Assembly (NCBI GenBank): GCA_013239625.1
Contig: MU054204.1
Span: forward strand, 210,879-274,878
DNA length: 64,000 nt
Source of the DNA: Lama guanicoe
Lineage: Eukaryota
Direction of reading: 5' to 3'
In this document: positions 12,409 to 25,062 of the stretch, piece after piece
Position numbering within the stretch: position 1 is the first letter of the stretch
Layout: every line of letters begins with the position of its first letter
Notes under the pieces: model-generated
What the model was told of the DNA's origin: nothing
Seen by the model: only the letters and a program-made list of their open reading frames with translations
The model's database searches: none
Translations under genes and position numbers: made by a program

Positions 12409-13018
12409 ATAGTTTTAATTTATGTTTTTCTGCTGACTAGTGATGTTGAGCATCTTTCCATGTGCTCATTTGTCATATGTGTTTCTTCTTTAGTGAAGTG
12501 TTTATTTAAATCTTTTGCCCATTTTTTTTGGTTTTTCTCTTCTGATACTGAGTTGTAGGAATTCTTTATATATTCTAGGTACAAGTCCTTTGTTGGATAT
12601 ATGTGATTTGCAAATATTTTCTCCAAGTCTGTAGCTTGCCTTTCCATTTCTTAACAGTGTCATTTGAAAAGTGAAATGTTTTAATTTTGATAAAGTTCAA
12701 TTTAATATTTTAAAAAATTTTATAGTTTCAGTTTTTTGTGTCCTGCTTAAGAAGGCTTTGCCTTACCCAAGGTAACTATGATTTCTCACCTCATTTTCTT
12801 TTAGAAGTGATATAGTTTTAGATCTTGCATTTGGGTCTAGGATCCATTTGGGGTTAATTTCTGTAAGTTGTGTGAGGTAACAGCTGAGGGTTTTTTGTTT
12901 GTTTTTTGTTTTTATTTATTTGTTTAGCATGTGAACATCATTGTTCCAGCAACATTTGTTGAAAAGATTATCCTTCCATTTAATTACTTTGGTACCTTTG
13001 TCAAAAATCAGTTGACTC

Positions 13019-13159
13019 CAGGGAATGGAAGTAACATGCAAAAATGAGAGTAGTTATGCAGGGGGTGGGATTATAAGTATTTTTGTCTTTTGGAAAAAAA
13101 TTTTAAAAATGACTGTTACATCTTTTTCATAATAGAAATAACTAATTTCTAAAAAAAAG
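13019..13159 (+). mobile_element. Short A-tailed retroposed insert with degenerate TSD inside the old L1
   Basis: AATCAGTTGACTC (13006-13018) / AATCAATTGTCTC (13160-13172) flank a segment ending in A8 that interrupts antisense ORF2. Confidence 0.55.
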
Positions 13160-13809
13160 AATCAATTGTCTCTATATACATGGATGCTCTATTATGTACC
13201 TGCGACCTATATGTTTGTCTTTAAGCCAAAACCACATTGTTTTGATTAATGCATCTTTGTAATGTCTTGAAATCATGTAGTGCAAGCCCTCTAACTTTGT
13301 TCTTTTTCAGAAGTGTTTTGGCTATTTCCAGTTGTTTGAATTTCCATATAAAGTTTAGAATCAACTTGTCACTTTCTATTTTAAATGCCTGCCAGGGCAT
13401 TGATTGGGATTACCCTGTATCTGTAGGAGCATAATATGTCTCTATTTAAACATTCTTGAATTTATCTCAGCCATGTTTTGTAGTTTTAGTCTATGGCTCT
13501 TAGACATCTTTTGTCAAATTTATCCTTAAGTATTTCATATTTTTGATACCTTTATAAATGGTCTATATTTTAAAATTTCACTTTCTAATTCTTGATTGCT
13601 AGTATATGGAAATGTGATTGATTTATATATATTGAATTTGTCATGAAGCCATACTAATCTCACTTATTAGTTTTAATAGCCTTTTTGTAGATTCCTTAGG
13701 ATTTTCTATCTAGCTGATCATATCACCTACGTATAAAGATGATTTCATTTCCTTACCAATATGTATCCAAACACGGTTTTAACCAGCAGTATGCAAGTTA
13801 GATGTGTTA

Positions 13810-13955
13810 TATAATGTCTCTTAAATCCCAGTTTCCTCACCAAATATGGAGATCATAATACCTGCTCATAGGGTTATTGTAAGGATTAAAAGAGATAACA
13901 TAGATAATCTTACTAGTACAGGACCTGGCAGATATATATCCCCTAAATGTTCATC
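13810..13955 (+). mobile_element. MIR SINE fragment
   Basis: CAGTTTCCTCACC...GGGTTATTGTAAGGATTAAAAGAGATAA...CCTGGCA. Confidence 0.75.
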
Positions 13956-14139
13956 TTTAGGGCCCTCCTCCTAGTCAACATCCTTAGTAAGGGATGTTCT
14001 CCAAACATTAATTTCCTTTTTTAACATCTATCATCAATGAAACTTAAAAAAACATTACATTGTCAGGCTGTTTTGGGGGTGACATGTTTTCTGACTATAC
14101 TAATTGATGAAGTTGGACTTTTTTGTTATAAATTTACCA

Positions 14140-14220
14140 TTTTAAAGCCTTTTCCTGGACCTTCTTCAACTTGATGCTGTTGTCCCTGAGATGTGATGAC
14201 GAGACCTGTATACAATATCC
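14140..14220 (-). mobile_element. L3/CR1 ORF2 fragment
   Basis: Minus-strand translation SSHLRDNSIKLKKVQEKALK resembles the CR1 ORF2 C-terminal motif SPHLKKDIEKLERVQRRATK. Confidence 0.5.
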
Positions 14221-15474
14221 CAGGTGAAGACAAACCATAAGAAGAAATTTGGGGCAGGGTGACGTGAAGGAGTGAGAGAAAGGAACATCTCATTATTTTT
14301 TCTATTCCTAACATGCTTTGACCAATAATTATTTTGGCTGAAACAGCAAATTAGCCTGGTGTCTTTAGTAAATAGTCTACAGTGACTTCCAGATCTCCTG
14401 TCCTATTCAGAGCTGATAGCTTGGAGCCCATATTCCCAGAGACAGAACCCTACACTACAAAAAAAGGCAAAAAAGTATTAATTACCTTATGCTTGTCCCT
14501 TTTGAGACTGCAGCTGGAGTAGCTGGGAGGTCTCTTGGTCTCTCAGCACACAAATATAAGTAGCCAGGGTCAGACAAGAATCTCCTTGGAAGTGTCCAAC
14601 CACCTCATTCATTGCATACCCATCTCTGTCCCTCTGAAAGAGCACTCCCTGGAAATAGATGAATATTTATAGCACTACCTTCAATTCTCCCTGCCTACCT
14701 CTAACTTGCAGTGGGCTTGAACTCTATTTACATGACCAATGCAGAGCAAAATAAGAATTGTGGTTTGGAAAAATAGAGATAAGATGCCCGTACCAGATTG
14801 TCCTCTTTATGTTAACCCCCTGTTATCATCCTCATCTAAATTAGAACCTGAAGATATAGAATGAAGGAAATTTTGTAGCTGAACTTGGTATTGTTTGGTG
14901 AGCCTTGTGTCAGAGAAGAGAACGTACCCCAGTGATCTCAGATTAACTCTAATAGTTGGAGGGATGGGGGGGGTGGGGAGGGATAAGGGAAGGAGGATCG
15001 TGCTTAGGCATAAGTTCAATTTGAGACTCTTGTGGGGAGGATGAGAGGAATCCTAGCAGCCTGTCTATTTAAATTGCCCCCAGTGGTTCTGTGCATACAT
15101 AGGTAAGCCCCTATCTATCTTCTAACTTATTTTCCCCCAAACTGCCTATGCATTCAGTAAACCATAGTTTGCCATCTCTTATGTATAAGGCTCCCATTTC
15201 TGAATCCTAGGTGATTTCCTTCTCTGACTGTTTTGTTTGTTCTTTTTGGGGGGGTTGTTTTGTGTTTGGCAAAGAGACTGAGATGATCATTCATCTCAAG
15301 TATAGAATTAGAAATGGAGAACATGAATGGTCTCTGACTTCAGGGAACATTACCCCATCCCACTCCACCTTCACTGTATTATTAGTTCATGTAAAGCGAA
15401 ATACCCCACAGTACACAGTTGAAATTGCTACTTACATGATCTGTTACCTTGGGCAGGTTACTACCATTCTTTTT

Positions 15475-15893
15475 TATATTTTATATTTTTGGATTTTTTT
15501 AGTTCATATTTTAACATTCCTTTTTATTTTTTACTGAAGTATAGTTGATTTACAATGTTGTGTTAGTTTCTGTACACCATGGTGTACAGCATAGTGATTC
15601 AGCTATATATATATATATATATGTATTCTTTTTCATTATAGGCTTTTACAAGGTATTGAATATAGTTTCCCATGCTATACAGTAAGTCCTTGTTTATTCC
15701 ATATATAGTAGTTTGTATCTGCTAATCCCAAACTCCTAATTTATCCCTCCCCTAGAGATTATTATACCAAGTGAAGTAAGTCAGAGAAAGACAAATATAT
15801 ATCACTTACATGTGGAATCTTAAAAAATGACACAAATAAAGTTATTTACAAAGCAGAATTAGACTCACAGACATAGAAGACAAACTTATGATT
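15475..15893 (-). mobile_element. 5'-inverted (twin-primed) young L1 inserted in a MIR
   Basis: Antisense 3' end ~15520-15752 abuts sense segment 15753-15893; CCATTCTTT on both flanks; MIR core resumes at CCCCATCTGTAAAGTG. Confidence 0.85.
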
Positions 15894-17629
15894 GCTTCCA
15901 TTCTTTAGACTTTATTTCCCCCATCTGTAAAGTGAAGAATTAAAACTAAGGACATTAAGGACCCCATTGGCCTTAAGAATTCTGATCCCAACCTTTGTTT
16001 TCTCTTTGTGAGTGTGATATGGGGCTTGAGAAATTATTTAAAATAATGATAATCATGGTTTATTTTCAGATGAAAAAAATTAACTACCCATTTGAATGTT
16101 AAATCTGTTGGGAGTTTTGGCTTTTCAGGCAATCAAGTAAAACTCTTAAAATAGAAAATATCCAGCTATATGTTTTTAAAAAGAGATCAAGTGAGTTAGG
16201 GATGAAATTGCTGGATCTATTTGGGGTCAACACTTTAATATTTGTCTCTATAGTCGTAGTTTGTATTAATATGAAACTCTCTGAGAACACAGACTCCTGG
16301 GCTGCCACTAACCTGTATGGTTCTTTTATGTCAATTACAAAAAAAATTCTCCTTTCTTCAGGGCCATTGAGCCCTGTGTAGAGTCACCAGGCTTGGCAAG
16401 TGAAGCCTGGGTTTCCATTTATTTCCTCAGTCTGGGGACCTTATTCAGTGCTTAGATACTATGTGATTTCAATAATAGCACTTTTCATAGTGTCCTTTTT
16501 AGACAGGACTCAATTTTGCTTGTTTTTCTAGCTCTTTATGAGTTTGCCAATCAGGTCTCATCGCTACTGTCACTGACTCATTTTCAGCTGCAGCATCCTT
16601 TGAGGTCACAATGGCATCTTTGTTTCTTCATCTTTATTTTCTTACCCTCTGCTTGGTATACCATATTGTTGATTCTGGGTCCCATGATCTCTGCCTACTT
16701 TTTGGTTGACTTTTTAAAATGATCTTATTCATTTAGGTGGCTAAAAGCCTCTCACCTGTATGCCCATAGAATTCAGTGTCTGTTTTCCCACACTTGGTAT
16801 ACACAGGGCTGACTCGGTACTCCTTTGTATACCTCCTTACCCAAGAGATTTATTACTGAACAATACGAAGAGGTCCTCACCCATGTGCCAAACACCATAC
16901 TGGGAGCTCCACCGCTATGCCTCTGGCCTCCGGAGGTGTTTTCCCTTCACAAGATGCTGCCGCTGCTTGCTATGAGTTTGGAAGACTCCCAAAGACCGTC
17001 AATTGCCTCATCCTTCTTCCACTCTTTCCAGCAGGGAGGGAACATTATACTACTTTCCTATCTTGGGCCCTAATCCCAGGTATCATCTCCCTCTGACCTC
17101 TCTTAAGAGCAGGGTGTGGTTTGCCTTAATTACATGGTGGTGGTGATGGTGATGATGGTGACCCGGTGAATCCCTAGGGCAGGACAGAGGAACCAGAGGT
17201 AGCAATCCAGGATAGGAATGTTGTGGGAACGTCGTGGCCTCCCTCTTCTTCTTCATGTATGTTCCATATTCTCTAATTCCAGCATAGAAATATCTGTACC
17301 TAATTCCTGTCCAGGGACAGTCCAGGTAGCTGGGGATGCAGACAAGTTTCCATTAACCATTTCTTGGCCTGGAATACTGTGGGAGACATCCCAGAGATGC
17401 ACATACTTGCCTTTGGTTTACCCTCCACGGACTATTTGCTTCATGTTTAGGTCAGTGAGTGCAATATCCACAGTATTATGTTAATTATTTGTATCAGTTA
17501 GCTTGTGAGCTCTTACAAAGCTAGAGCTGGCTTTTCCAAAAGCTGGTTACCCCAAATAGTTAAACCATCAACTTTGACTTCTTTCTATATTATCTCTTAA
17601 AACCATCAACTGTTTCTTTTCTCTATTGC

Positions 17630-17766
17630 CTTTCTTTTTTCTCTTTGCGGGGGAGGTAATTAGGTTTATTTATTTATTTGTCTATTTTAAGGGAGGTACT
17701 GGGGATTGAACCCAGGAACTCGTGCATGCAAAGTGCACACTTTATCACTGAGCTATACCCTCCCCT
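17630..17766 (-). mobile_element. Vic-1-like SINE
   Basis: GGTAATTAGGTTTATT...GGGGATTGAACCCAGG...CACTGAGCTATACCCTCCCC. Confidence 0.9.
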
Positions 17767-17799
17767 CTGGCTCTTGCCTTTAAAGCTTCTGTTTATACG

Positions 17800-18285
17800 C
17801 ATTAGAGAACATGGACTCTAAAGTCCATCAGGCCTGAATTCAGGTCTACCTGTGCAAACTTTGCCTTCTGTAAAATAAGACTACCATCCATCTCATAGAA
17901 GACTTGTGAGAATTCGGTATGGCTGTGCTCAATTCCAGCACACAGTCCATCATGGAAATAATTCTGTGGTCATGATTATTAATGGCCTAAAATTAGAAAT
18001 AGTTACCATAATTATCTTCTAAGGAAGCATTTATAATACCTAAAACTTACATTGTGGTAACTGTGACAGATGCTGTTTGAGAGCTTCCTGTTGCTTCTCT
18101 CATTTAATTCTCACAGCAATCTTTTGAATATTAGTGAATATGTCCATTTCATGGAGGAGGAAATTGGGGCACATGGAAGTTAAGTAAAGTGTCCGAGGTC
18201 ACTCAGCTGGAAAGCTGTGGAGCCAGCTTTGTGATCTCAGGCTGGCAACTCCAGACCCCATGTTCTTAACTATTCAGCCCTATTA
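17800..18285. mobile_element. Two MIR fragments (+ ~17800-17980; - ~18040-18285)
   Basis: MIR core motifs TTCTGTAAAATAAG and GAGGAAATTGGGGCACATGGAAGTTAAGTAA. Confidence 0.65.
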
Positions 18286-18562
18286 AATCAATTTGATCAT
18301 GATTACTTTTAAGTATGGCCTTTAAAACTATTTTTAGCTGATGAACAGTTACTGAGGACCCCCTGGATGATTGGCGTTGAGACAAAGCAAGGGAAAAATG
18401 TTAAGTTCCTATTTTTAAACCATCTTACCATCCAAGAAGGGAGGTGGGCAAATACCCATGAGAGAGGCATAAAAGACAGCTTGGAAAGAGTAAATAAATC
18501 TGTCAATTAATTACAGCTGTCAACACTTCACTTTCCCTTGACAGCTTTAGGGCCTCCTAGGC

Positions 18563-18735
18563 CAGCACATCTCAAACATTACTGTGCATACAAATCACCT
18601 GGGGAATATTCTTAAATGCAGACTTTGATTCAATAGATCTGGCTGGAGCCAGAGAAGCTGCCTGTCTTAAAAAAAAAAAACAAAAACCTCACAGGTGAGA
18701 GACTGATCCAGAGACCACACTCTGAGTAGAAGGGT
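18563..18735. mobile_element. MER5A-like hAT-Charlie MITE
   Basis: TCTCAAAC...AAATCACCTGGGGA...AATGCAGACT...GACCACACTCTGAGTAG. Confidence 0.7.
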
Positions 18736-19394
18736 ATGACACACTGAGGGTCTACTATGTAATACAATACTTTCTAGTGAAGCAAAGACATGGTGAAGAC
18801 TTTTAAGCTAACTATATGGGGACTCGAATGATAGTTGGAGGATGTGACAGAACTAATTTAAACATCGGTGTGATATGCAAAGCGTACTTGGGAATCTGTG
18901 CGATTCTGAGCAAAACATTAATATGGCCAGAAAGGTGATTTTTGGTGCTTTGCAGAGTATGGATAGAGGGGACCAGAGACTGGAGGGGATCTAGCTCAGA
19001 GACTGGTGTGGAAATTCAGGCAGTAAGAGGGTAAAGGCCTGGAGTGTGATTATGGCCGTGGAAATGGGCAGGAAGAGACAGTGATTGGCCCCAAGAGACA
19101 GTGGCTCCAAGAGAGACTGATTTCCACCAACCGTCAAAAAAATCAGCACACTTAGGACCACCTCAATAATAGCTTAAAAGTGAATAGTACTCAAATGTTG
19201 GAAAGATCACTTCCACATCCATTATCTCATTTTAGCAACACAGCAACTATGGGAGATTAGTAGCTACTTTCCCCCTCATTTTACAAATGAAATGGAGATA
19301 ATGTAGCAGCAGCTTCAACCACATCTGAGAGAAGGCAAAGCTAATTGCAAGGGAAAAGACATTGTGAAATGGTCACAATTATTCATCTCGTTTT

Positions 19395-19720
19395 TATAAA
19401 TTGATTTTTTCTTATTAACATAGTAATAGATTCTGATTATAAAAGTAATATATGTTTGAGATCATATTACATGGCTCTATTGTATGTATCTTTCCCTCAA
19501 ATTCTTCCATTTAACATCTTATGGCTCTTTTTCCTTGTCATTAGAAATTTTTTGAAAACTTAATTTTAGATGACTGCATAATAATAGCCCCATGGGGATG
19601 CATTATAATTTAATTTACAACTTCCATTTAGGTTTCTAGCTTTTTGCTATTATAAATAACATTGTGGAGAACATCTTTGTACATATATCTTGGTCCAAGC
19701 ATCTGATAATTGACTTAAAG
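19395..19720 (-). mobile_element. Ancient L1ME-like 3' fragment
   Basis: TTTAGGTTTCTAGCTTTTTGCTATTATAAATAACATTGTGGAGAACATCTTTGTAC. Confidence 0.6.
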
Positions 19721-20374
19721 ACGTATCAACTCTTTGAGAAGTCATCTACTGATTTACAACTGGCTGATTTAATGCTTGATAAAAGATAGGGTCAGCCTAG
19801 GACTGGAGGAGGTTCCCCATGCATCTCTTATTGTCTCAGATTACGTAGTGAACTCTTGCTGGGTGGCCAGGTTCAGGAAGTCATATCTTGGAAAATTCTG
19901 CTGCGTCCTGGTATCATCACTGATCTTGGGTCTCCTCATGAGGGTCCATCAGCAACAGGCATGACTACTCATTGGGCTTTGGTCTGGGGTTGGAGTGAGA
20001 TGGTGGGGAGAAACGAAAGAGAAGGGCTAGTTCCTTCGGGCAAGGGGCTTATCAGCTCTTTGGGGATAGACCCATGTGGGATAATTAAGGAGCAGATCAA
20101 ATCAAAACACAAGTTTCTGTAGCTTGAAAGCCTGTAGAGGAAAGCAGATATGTTAATGCTGTGACTGGTTGGTTCTATTTTCTTCTTTTTGCTAATCTCT
20201 ATTTTCTGTGGTGTCTATATGAAAGAGGTAAGAAAGCAGTGTCATAGGAATCTGGAAGCTGAGTTAAACTGAAATTCTGTCATTTATTTCTTGTGTTACG
20301 TTGGGCAAGGTATTGAACCTCTCCAAGCCTTATTTTTCATCTGTGGATTACAGATAATAATAATATTAATATGC

Positions 20375-20470
20375 AGATTTTCTTATTTATTTAATGGAAG
20401 TACTGGGGATTGAACCGAGGACCTTGTGGATGCTAGTCATGCACTGTACCACTGAGCTATACCCTTCCCA
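20375..20470 (-). mobile_element. Vic-1-like SINE inserted in a MIR (+, ~20240-20540)
   Basis: GTACTGGGGATTGAACC...CACTGAGCTATACCC. Confidence 0.85.
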
Positions 20471-20755
20471 CCTATATGTGATTTTCTGATGTGCAGAAAC
20501 CATCTAATCCCCATCTGGCACACAGTAATATTTATTACTAGATAACAAGTACAATCTATATTATTATTAATGTTATTAGATATTATTTAAATAAAAGGAT
20601 AAAATATATGTAATTATATATGTAAATGCATATATATTCCTAGTTTTTCTGTTCTTTTGAAATATAACTGTCTGTATATGTACACACACATATATACATT
20701 TATAGTTATATTTAAAAAGAATAAAATAGGAATTTAAAGAAGTCTAGAAATCCAA

Positions 20756-20994
20756 TTATTTAAAATAGAAGTATAGTCAATTTACAATGTTGTGTTAGTT
20801 TCTGGTGTACAGCAAAGTGATTCAGTTTTACATATATATATATATTTTTTTCATATTCTTTTCCATTATGGTTTATTACATGGCATTGAATATCGTTCCC
20901 TGTGCTATACAATAGGACCTTTTTGTTTATCTATTTTATATATAGTAGTTAGTATCTGCAAATCCTGAACTCCTAATTTATCCCCACACTTCCC
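20756..20994 (-). mobile_element. Young L1 3' end
   Basis: GAAGTATAGTCAATTTACAATG...; CTAGAAATCCA on both flanks. Confidence 0.9.
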
Positions 20995-21339
20995 CTAGAA
21001 ATCCAGTTTTGATTGGTACCACTTCAGGCAAGAAGCTTTTCTCTGGCACTAAACTACCAAGGCCAAGTTGCTGCTGCCTCCCCCTCCTGCCACCACCGAT
21101 GCTTGGGCCTTGGTTCCTTGGCTGTGCAGCACTAGCACTATTCCACAGGATGTGTTGAAAACCTACAAGTTGTAGAGCCACAGACATTGGGGTTCAAAGC
21201 CAGACATTCTCTTTCCTAGCCAGGTTCCCGTGAGTAGTTTCTGTGAAGCAACTCGTGGGGTCTCAGTTTCCTCATTTGTCAAATGACAATCATTCTTAGG
21301 TCACAGGATTGTCAGAAGGAGAATTAAATTAAAGAATAA

Positions 21340-21515
21340 AACAACACATTTCTTCTGTATAGCACAGGGAACTATATTCACTATCTTGTAGTAACCTATA
21401 ATGAAAAAGAATATGAAAAGGAATATATGTATATATATGAATGACTGAAACATTTTGCTGTACACCAGAAATTGACATAACATTGCAAACTGACTATAGT
21501 TCAATTAAAAAAAAA
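21340..21515 (+). mobile_element. Young L1 3' end following a MIR (~21170-21325)
   Basis: CTGTATAGCACAGGGAACTATATTCA...GTACACCAGAAATTGAC + A tail. Confidence 0.88.
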
Positions 21516-22823
21516 GAGCTAATGAAGGTTAAAAATGAAGTTCTTAACAGTTTTTAAAAGTATTTTCTTGAAATAAGCCAAAAGTCTATAGGTTGTCCTT
21601 AAGTGGCTCTTAACTGTTTTCTAACATTAAATCTTACCTTAAAGTTAACCTCAGTACAGCATATAGATCATTAAAAAAAAAAAGGAATAATGCCAGTCTG
21701 ATTGGGTTTGGTCCATGACTGACTGCAAATTCTTTTATTTCCCTTTCTTTCCCCATTGGAATTTCTGCCTGGCATTTGCAACACCACACCCTCTCCACCT
21801 CTTCTCCTAGCCTGGACTCAGTACCACTTCCCTCACATCTCACACCCTTACCAGACTTTGGCTCCTAACAATATCTCCTTTTACTTGTCACCCGAGTCAG
21901 ATGTTGGTCTCATAATATAAGTAAGTAAAAATGTCCTTTTTACCAGCTATTCAGACTTTTGCTTCCCAGACTATTTCTTACCTTCCCTTGTTAGCAGGCT
22001 ATTTATTTCTCTTTACCTGTCTCAGAGTTGTCCCACCTCCAGGTCAGTTGTGGTGGGAGGGGTCCTCTATTATCCAAGACACATATTTTTTCCAGCTTTG
22101 GAGTTCTTGCTCTGGCACTGTTCCTAAAAACCGGACTGTCTACTGGTTAACCCTCCCCGCAGGCCCCACTCTCTGTATGTATACCTAGAATTCTTTTCTC
22201 CCGAGTATGATCTTTAATCCACACTGGGCCTGCCTCTGATCTGGCTTGCTCGGTGCTGATTTTTTTTCTTTTTCTTTTTTTGTGTCTCTGGTCCAACAGG
22301 AGTACTGGGAAGCAAGTGAAGAGAAAAAAAAGATTGTTCACGTAGGGAGGGTGATTTAAGATGTGAAGGTCAATTTAAGAAATGATTATATGACAAAAGT
22401 ACATTTTGCCACAGTGTTGTCAAAGAGATCAGCCTTTGTGAGTTTTTTTCATTTGTCCCTTGTATAATTTATATGTATAATCCAGAGCCAACCAGTAGTT
22501 TGCCTTCTGACTAGTTAGCTTGTTTCCTCTGATCAGATCAAAGTTTTAGGATCTTGAGTGTTTGCCTTTATGCCTTGGCTGCTAGGAAGCTCAGAGCCAA
22601 TTTGAATTTTTAGCTGAAGCATATATCAATGAAAAGTTTTCTTCTTTTTAAATAAAATCATACTCCCTTCTGTTTTTTAAACCTCTTTTAATTTTATGAT
22701 CCTCTGATATAAGAATTTTTATTGTAAGTTCCTTCAAACCTTTTTGGATTTAAGTAGGACACCTGGTGGGTGAGGATTTTCATCCTTTATTTTTTGTTAG
22801 CCTGAGAAATAGGCAAAACTGAG

Positions 22824-22950
22824 CTACTGTATAGCACAGGGAACTATATTCAATACTTTGTAATGACCAATAATGAAAAATAATATGAAAAGGAATATAT
22901 ATATGTATAAATGAATCACTATGCTGTAAAAAGATAAAATTTAAAAAATT
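22824..22950 (+). mobile_element. Short L1 3' fragment
   Basis: CTACTGTATAGCACAGGGAACTATATTCAATA. Confidence 0.85.
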
Positions 22951-23054
22951 AGCACATAAGACAAAAATCATGAATTATTGGAAATTCCACTTGAAAATCT
23001 CTTGTATTGTAATAAAGCATCTATGTATAGAACTCTATACAGTAATTATTTAAA

Positions 23055-23740
23055 AAAATTTTTATTATAACTTGGTTGATTTACAATGTGTTAATTTCTG
23101 GTATGCAGCAAAGTGATTCAGTTTTACATATATATATATATATTTTTTCATATTCTTTTCCATTATGGTTTATTACATGGTATTGAATATAGTTCCCTGT
23201 GCTATACAATAGGACCTTGTTGTTTATCTGTTTTATATATAGTAGTTTGTATCTGTTAATTCCAAGCTCCTAATTTATCCCTCCCCCACTCTCTTTCCCC
23301 TATGGTAACCATAAGTTTGTTTTCTATGTCTATGAGTCTGTTTCTGTTTTGTAAATAAGTTCATTTGTATATTTTAGATTACATATATAAATGATATCAT
23401 ATGGTATTTGTCTTTCTCTTTCTGACTTACTTCACATAGTATGATAATCTCTAGGAACATCCATGTTGCTGCAAATGGCATTATTTCATTTTTATGGCTG
23501 AGTAATATTCCACTGTATACTTATATCACATCTTCTTTAACCAGTCATTGTTGATGGACATTTACATTGTTTCCATGTCTTGGCTATTGTAAATAGTGCT
23601 GCTATGAACATTGGGGTGCTTGTATCTTTTCGAATTATAGTTTCCTCCATATAGATGCCCAGGAGTGAGATTGCTGGTTCATATGGTAAGTCTATTTTTA
23701 GTTTTTTAAGGAACCTCCATATTATTTTCCATAGTGGTTA
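23055..23740 (-). mobile_element. Young L1 3' end
   Basis: Antisense 3' UTR and ORF2 end (GCTATGAACATTGGGGTGC, GGAACCTCCATA). Confidence 0.92.
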
Positions 23741-23744
23741 CATC

Positions 23745-23948
23745 AGGTCACAAGGAACTGAATCCTCCTGCCAACAGTCACATGAGCTTGGAAGTAGATC
23801 CATTTCCAATTGAGCCTCAGATGAGACCCTAGCCCTGACTAACACCTTGATTAAAGCCTTGCAAACAACCCAACTTAACCATGCCTGGACCCTGACCCAC
23901 AGAAACTGAGAGGTAATAAAAGTGTGTTGTGTCAAGCCAAAAAAAAAA
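23745..23948 (+). mobile_element. MaLR LTR fragment (MLT1D-like) ending in an A tail
   Basis: CAAGGAACTGAATCCTC...GAGCCTCAGATGAGACC...CCTGACCCACAGAAACTG...AATAAAAGTGTGTTGTGTCAAGCC then A run. Confidence 0.8.
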
Positions 23949-24819
23949 AGGAACAAATGGAAAGTGTTTATGCAGTTGTCTGGATAATTAAACCATTTTA
24001 CATCTAAGATGACCATTGCATTTCTAGTGGTGAATAGGGGAATCTCTGGAGAATTCTCGAGGTTTTGTTTGTTGGATTTGTTCCATTTTGTTTTCATATT
24101 AAACATCTACCTTAATCCAAGTTAATAGAATTGCAATTGTGAAAATTTATGTTGTATGTAAAGCACTTAGTCCAGTTTCTGCCACCACCAGTAAGGATTT
24201 AATAAAATGTTAGCTGCTATTTTCCTTAGTAGTGATAATAATAGTAATGCTAGTAAGATATGTGACATCACCCAACATAGCCTGGTACATAGTCATTGGT
24301 CAGTAATGTTGGCTGGTTTGGGGTAGTTGAATCCATATATTTACTATTCTTTTAAAGTGTAGTGAAGAAGGATTTAGCCACCTGCTTCCTGTCTTTCCAA
24401 GTTTCCTGTTGTGGCCCCTTGGCCATGGGTCACCTTTCATCCTGAAGTTTGTTGTCAAGTAATTCTGAAGACCAGGAGTCTACCTTATTCATCTTTGTAC
24501 TCTAACAGTTCCTGGCACATGATAGGTACCTAGGGAAGGAATAGATGGGTAGAGGAAGCAAGGGTTTAACTCACACAAGGACTCTCCTTGCCTTTGTGAG
24601 ATTTTAGGGACCAGGCTTCAGTCTGGGCTATTGCTGCTTTTCCTGGGCTTTTGGCATCAGGCTCTGATGGGTCTATATATTCTTGAAACCTTGCTCTGAG
24701 CTGGAAACAGTTATACGCTTAATGGGGTCTCTGTGGCCTACATATTCAAAACTATAAAATCTGGCTTTGGTACACAGCATTTCAAGGGAGAAATAGCTCT
24801 TGAGAAGGAAGGCGCCAGG

Positions 24820-25062
24820 GCAGTAAATAAGAGCATGAGATTTAGAGCCAAGAGAAACCTTAGTTCAAATCCTAGTTTTGTCACTTCTGGGTATGTGATC
24901 TTGGGAAGTCCTTTAAACATTCTGAGCCTCAGTCACCTCTCCTCATCTGTAAGATAGGGGGCAATATTACCCCTGGTGTTGTTATGAGGGTTAAAATATG
25001 ATGTGTGTTTGAAGCTGTGGTTACATAATAGTTGCTCAATAAATGGTAGCTACTATTGTTAT
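24820..25062 (+). mobile_element. MIR SINE (near full length)
   Basis: GTTCAAATCCTAG...GTGATCTTGGGAAGT...CTCATCTGTAAGATAGGG...CTCAATAAATGGTAGC. Confidence 0.85.

Larger units (their letters stand above)
10798..13760 (-). mobile_element. Old L1M (L1MB/MC-age) 3' UTR + ORF2 remnants with nested insertions
   Basis: TTTATTGAAGTATAATTGACATATAATAAACTG 3' end; antisense ORF2 (ORF 12420-12647 ERQATDLEKIFANH...WAKDLNKHFTKE). Confidence 0.88.

Noticed and set aside
14126..14314. Apparent minus-strand exon with AG/GT boundaries
   Set aside because: One frame matches the CR1/L3 ORF2 C-terminal motif, so it is an ancient LINE fragment.
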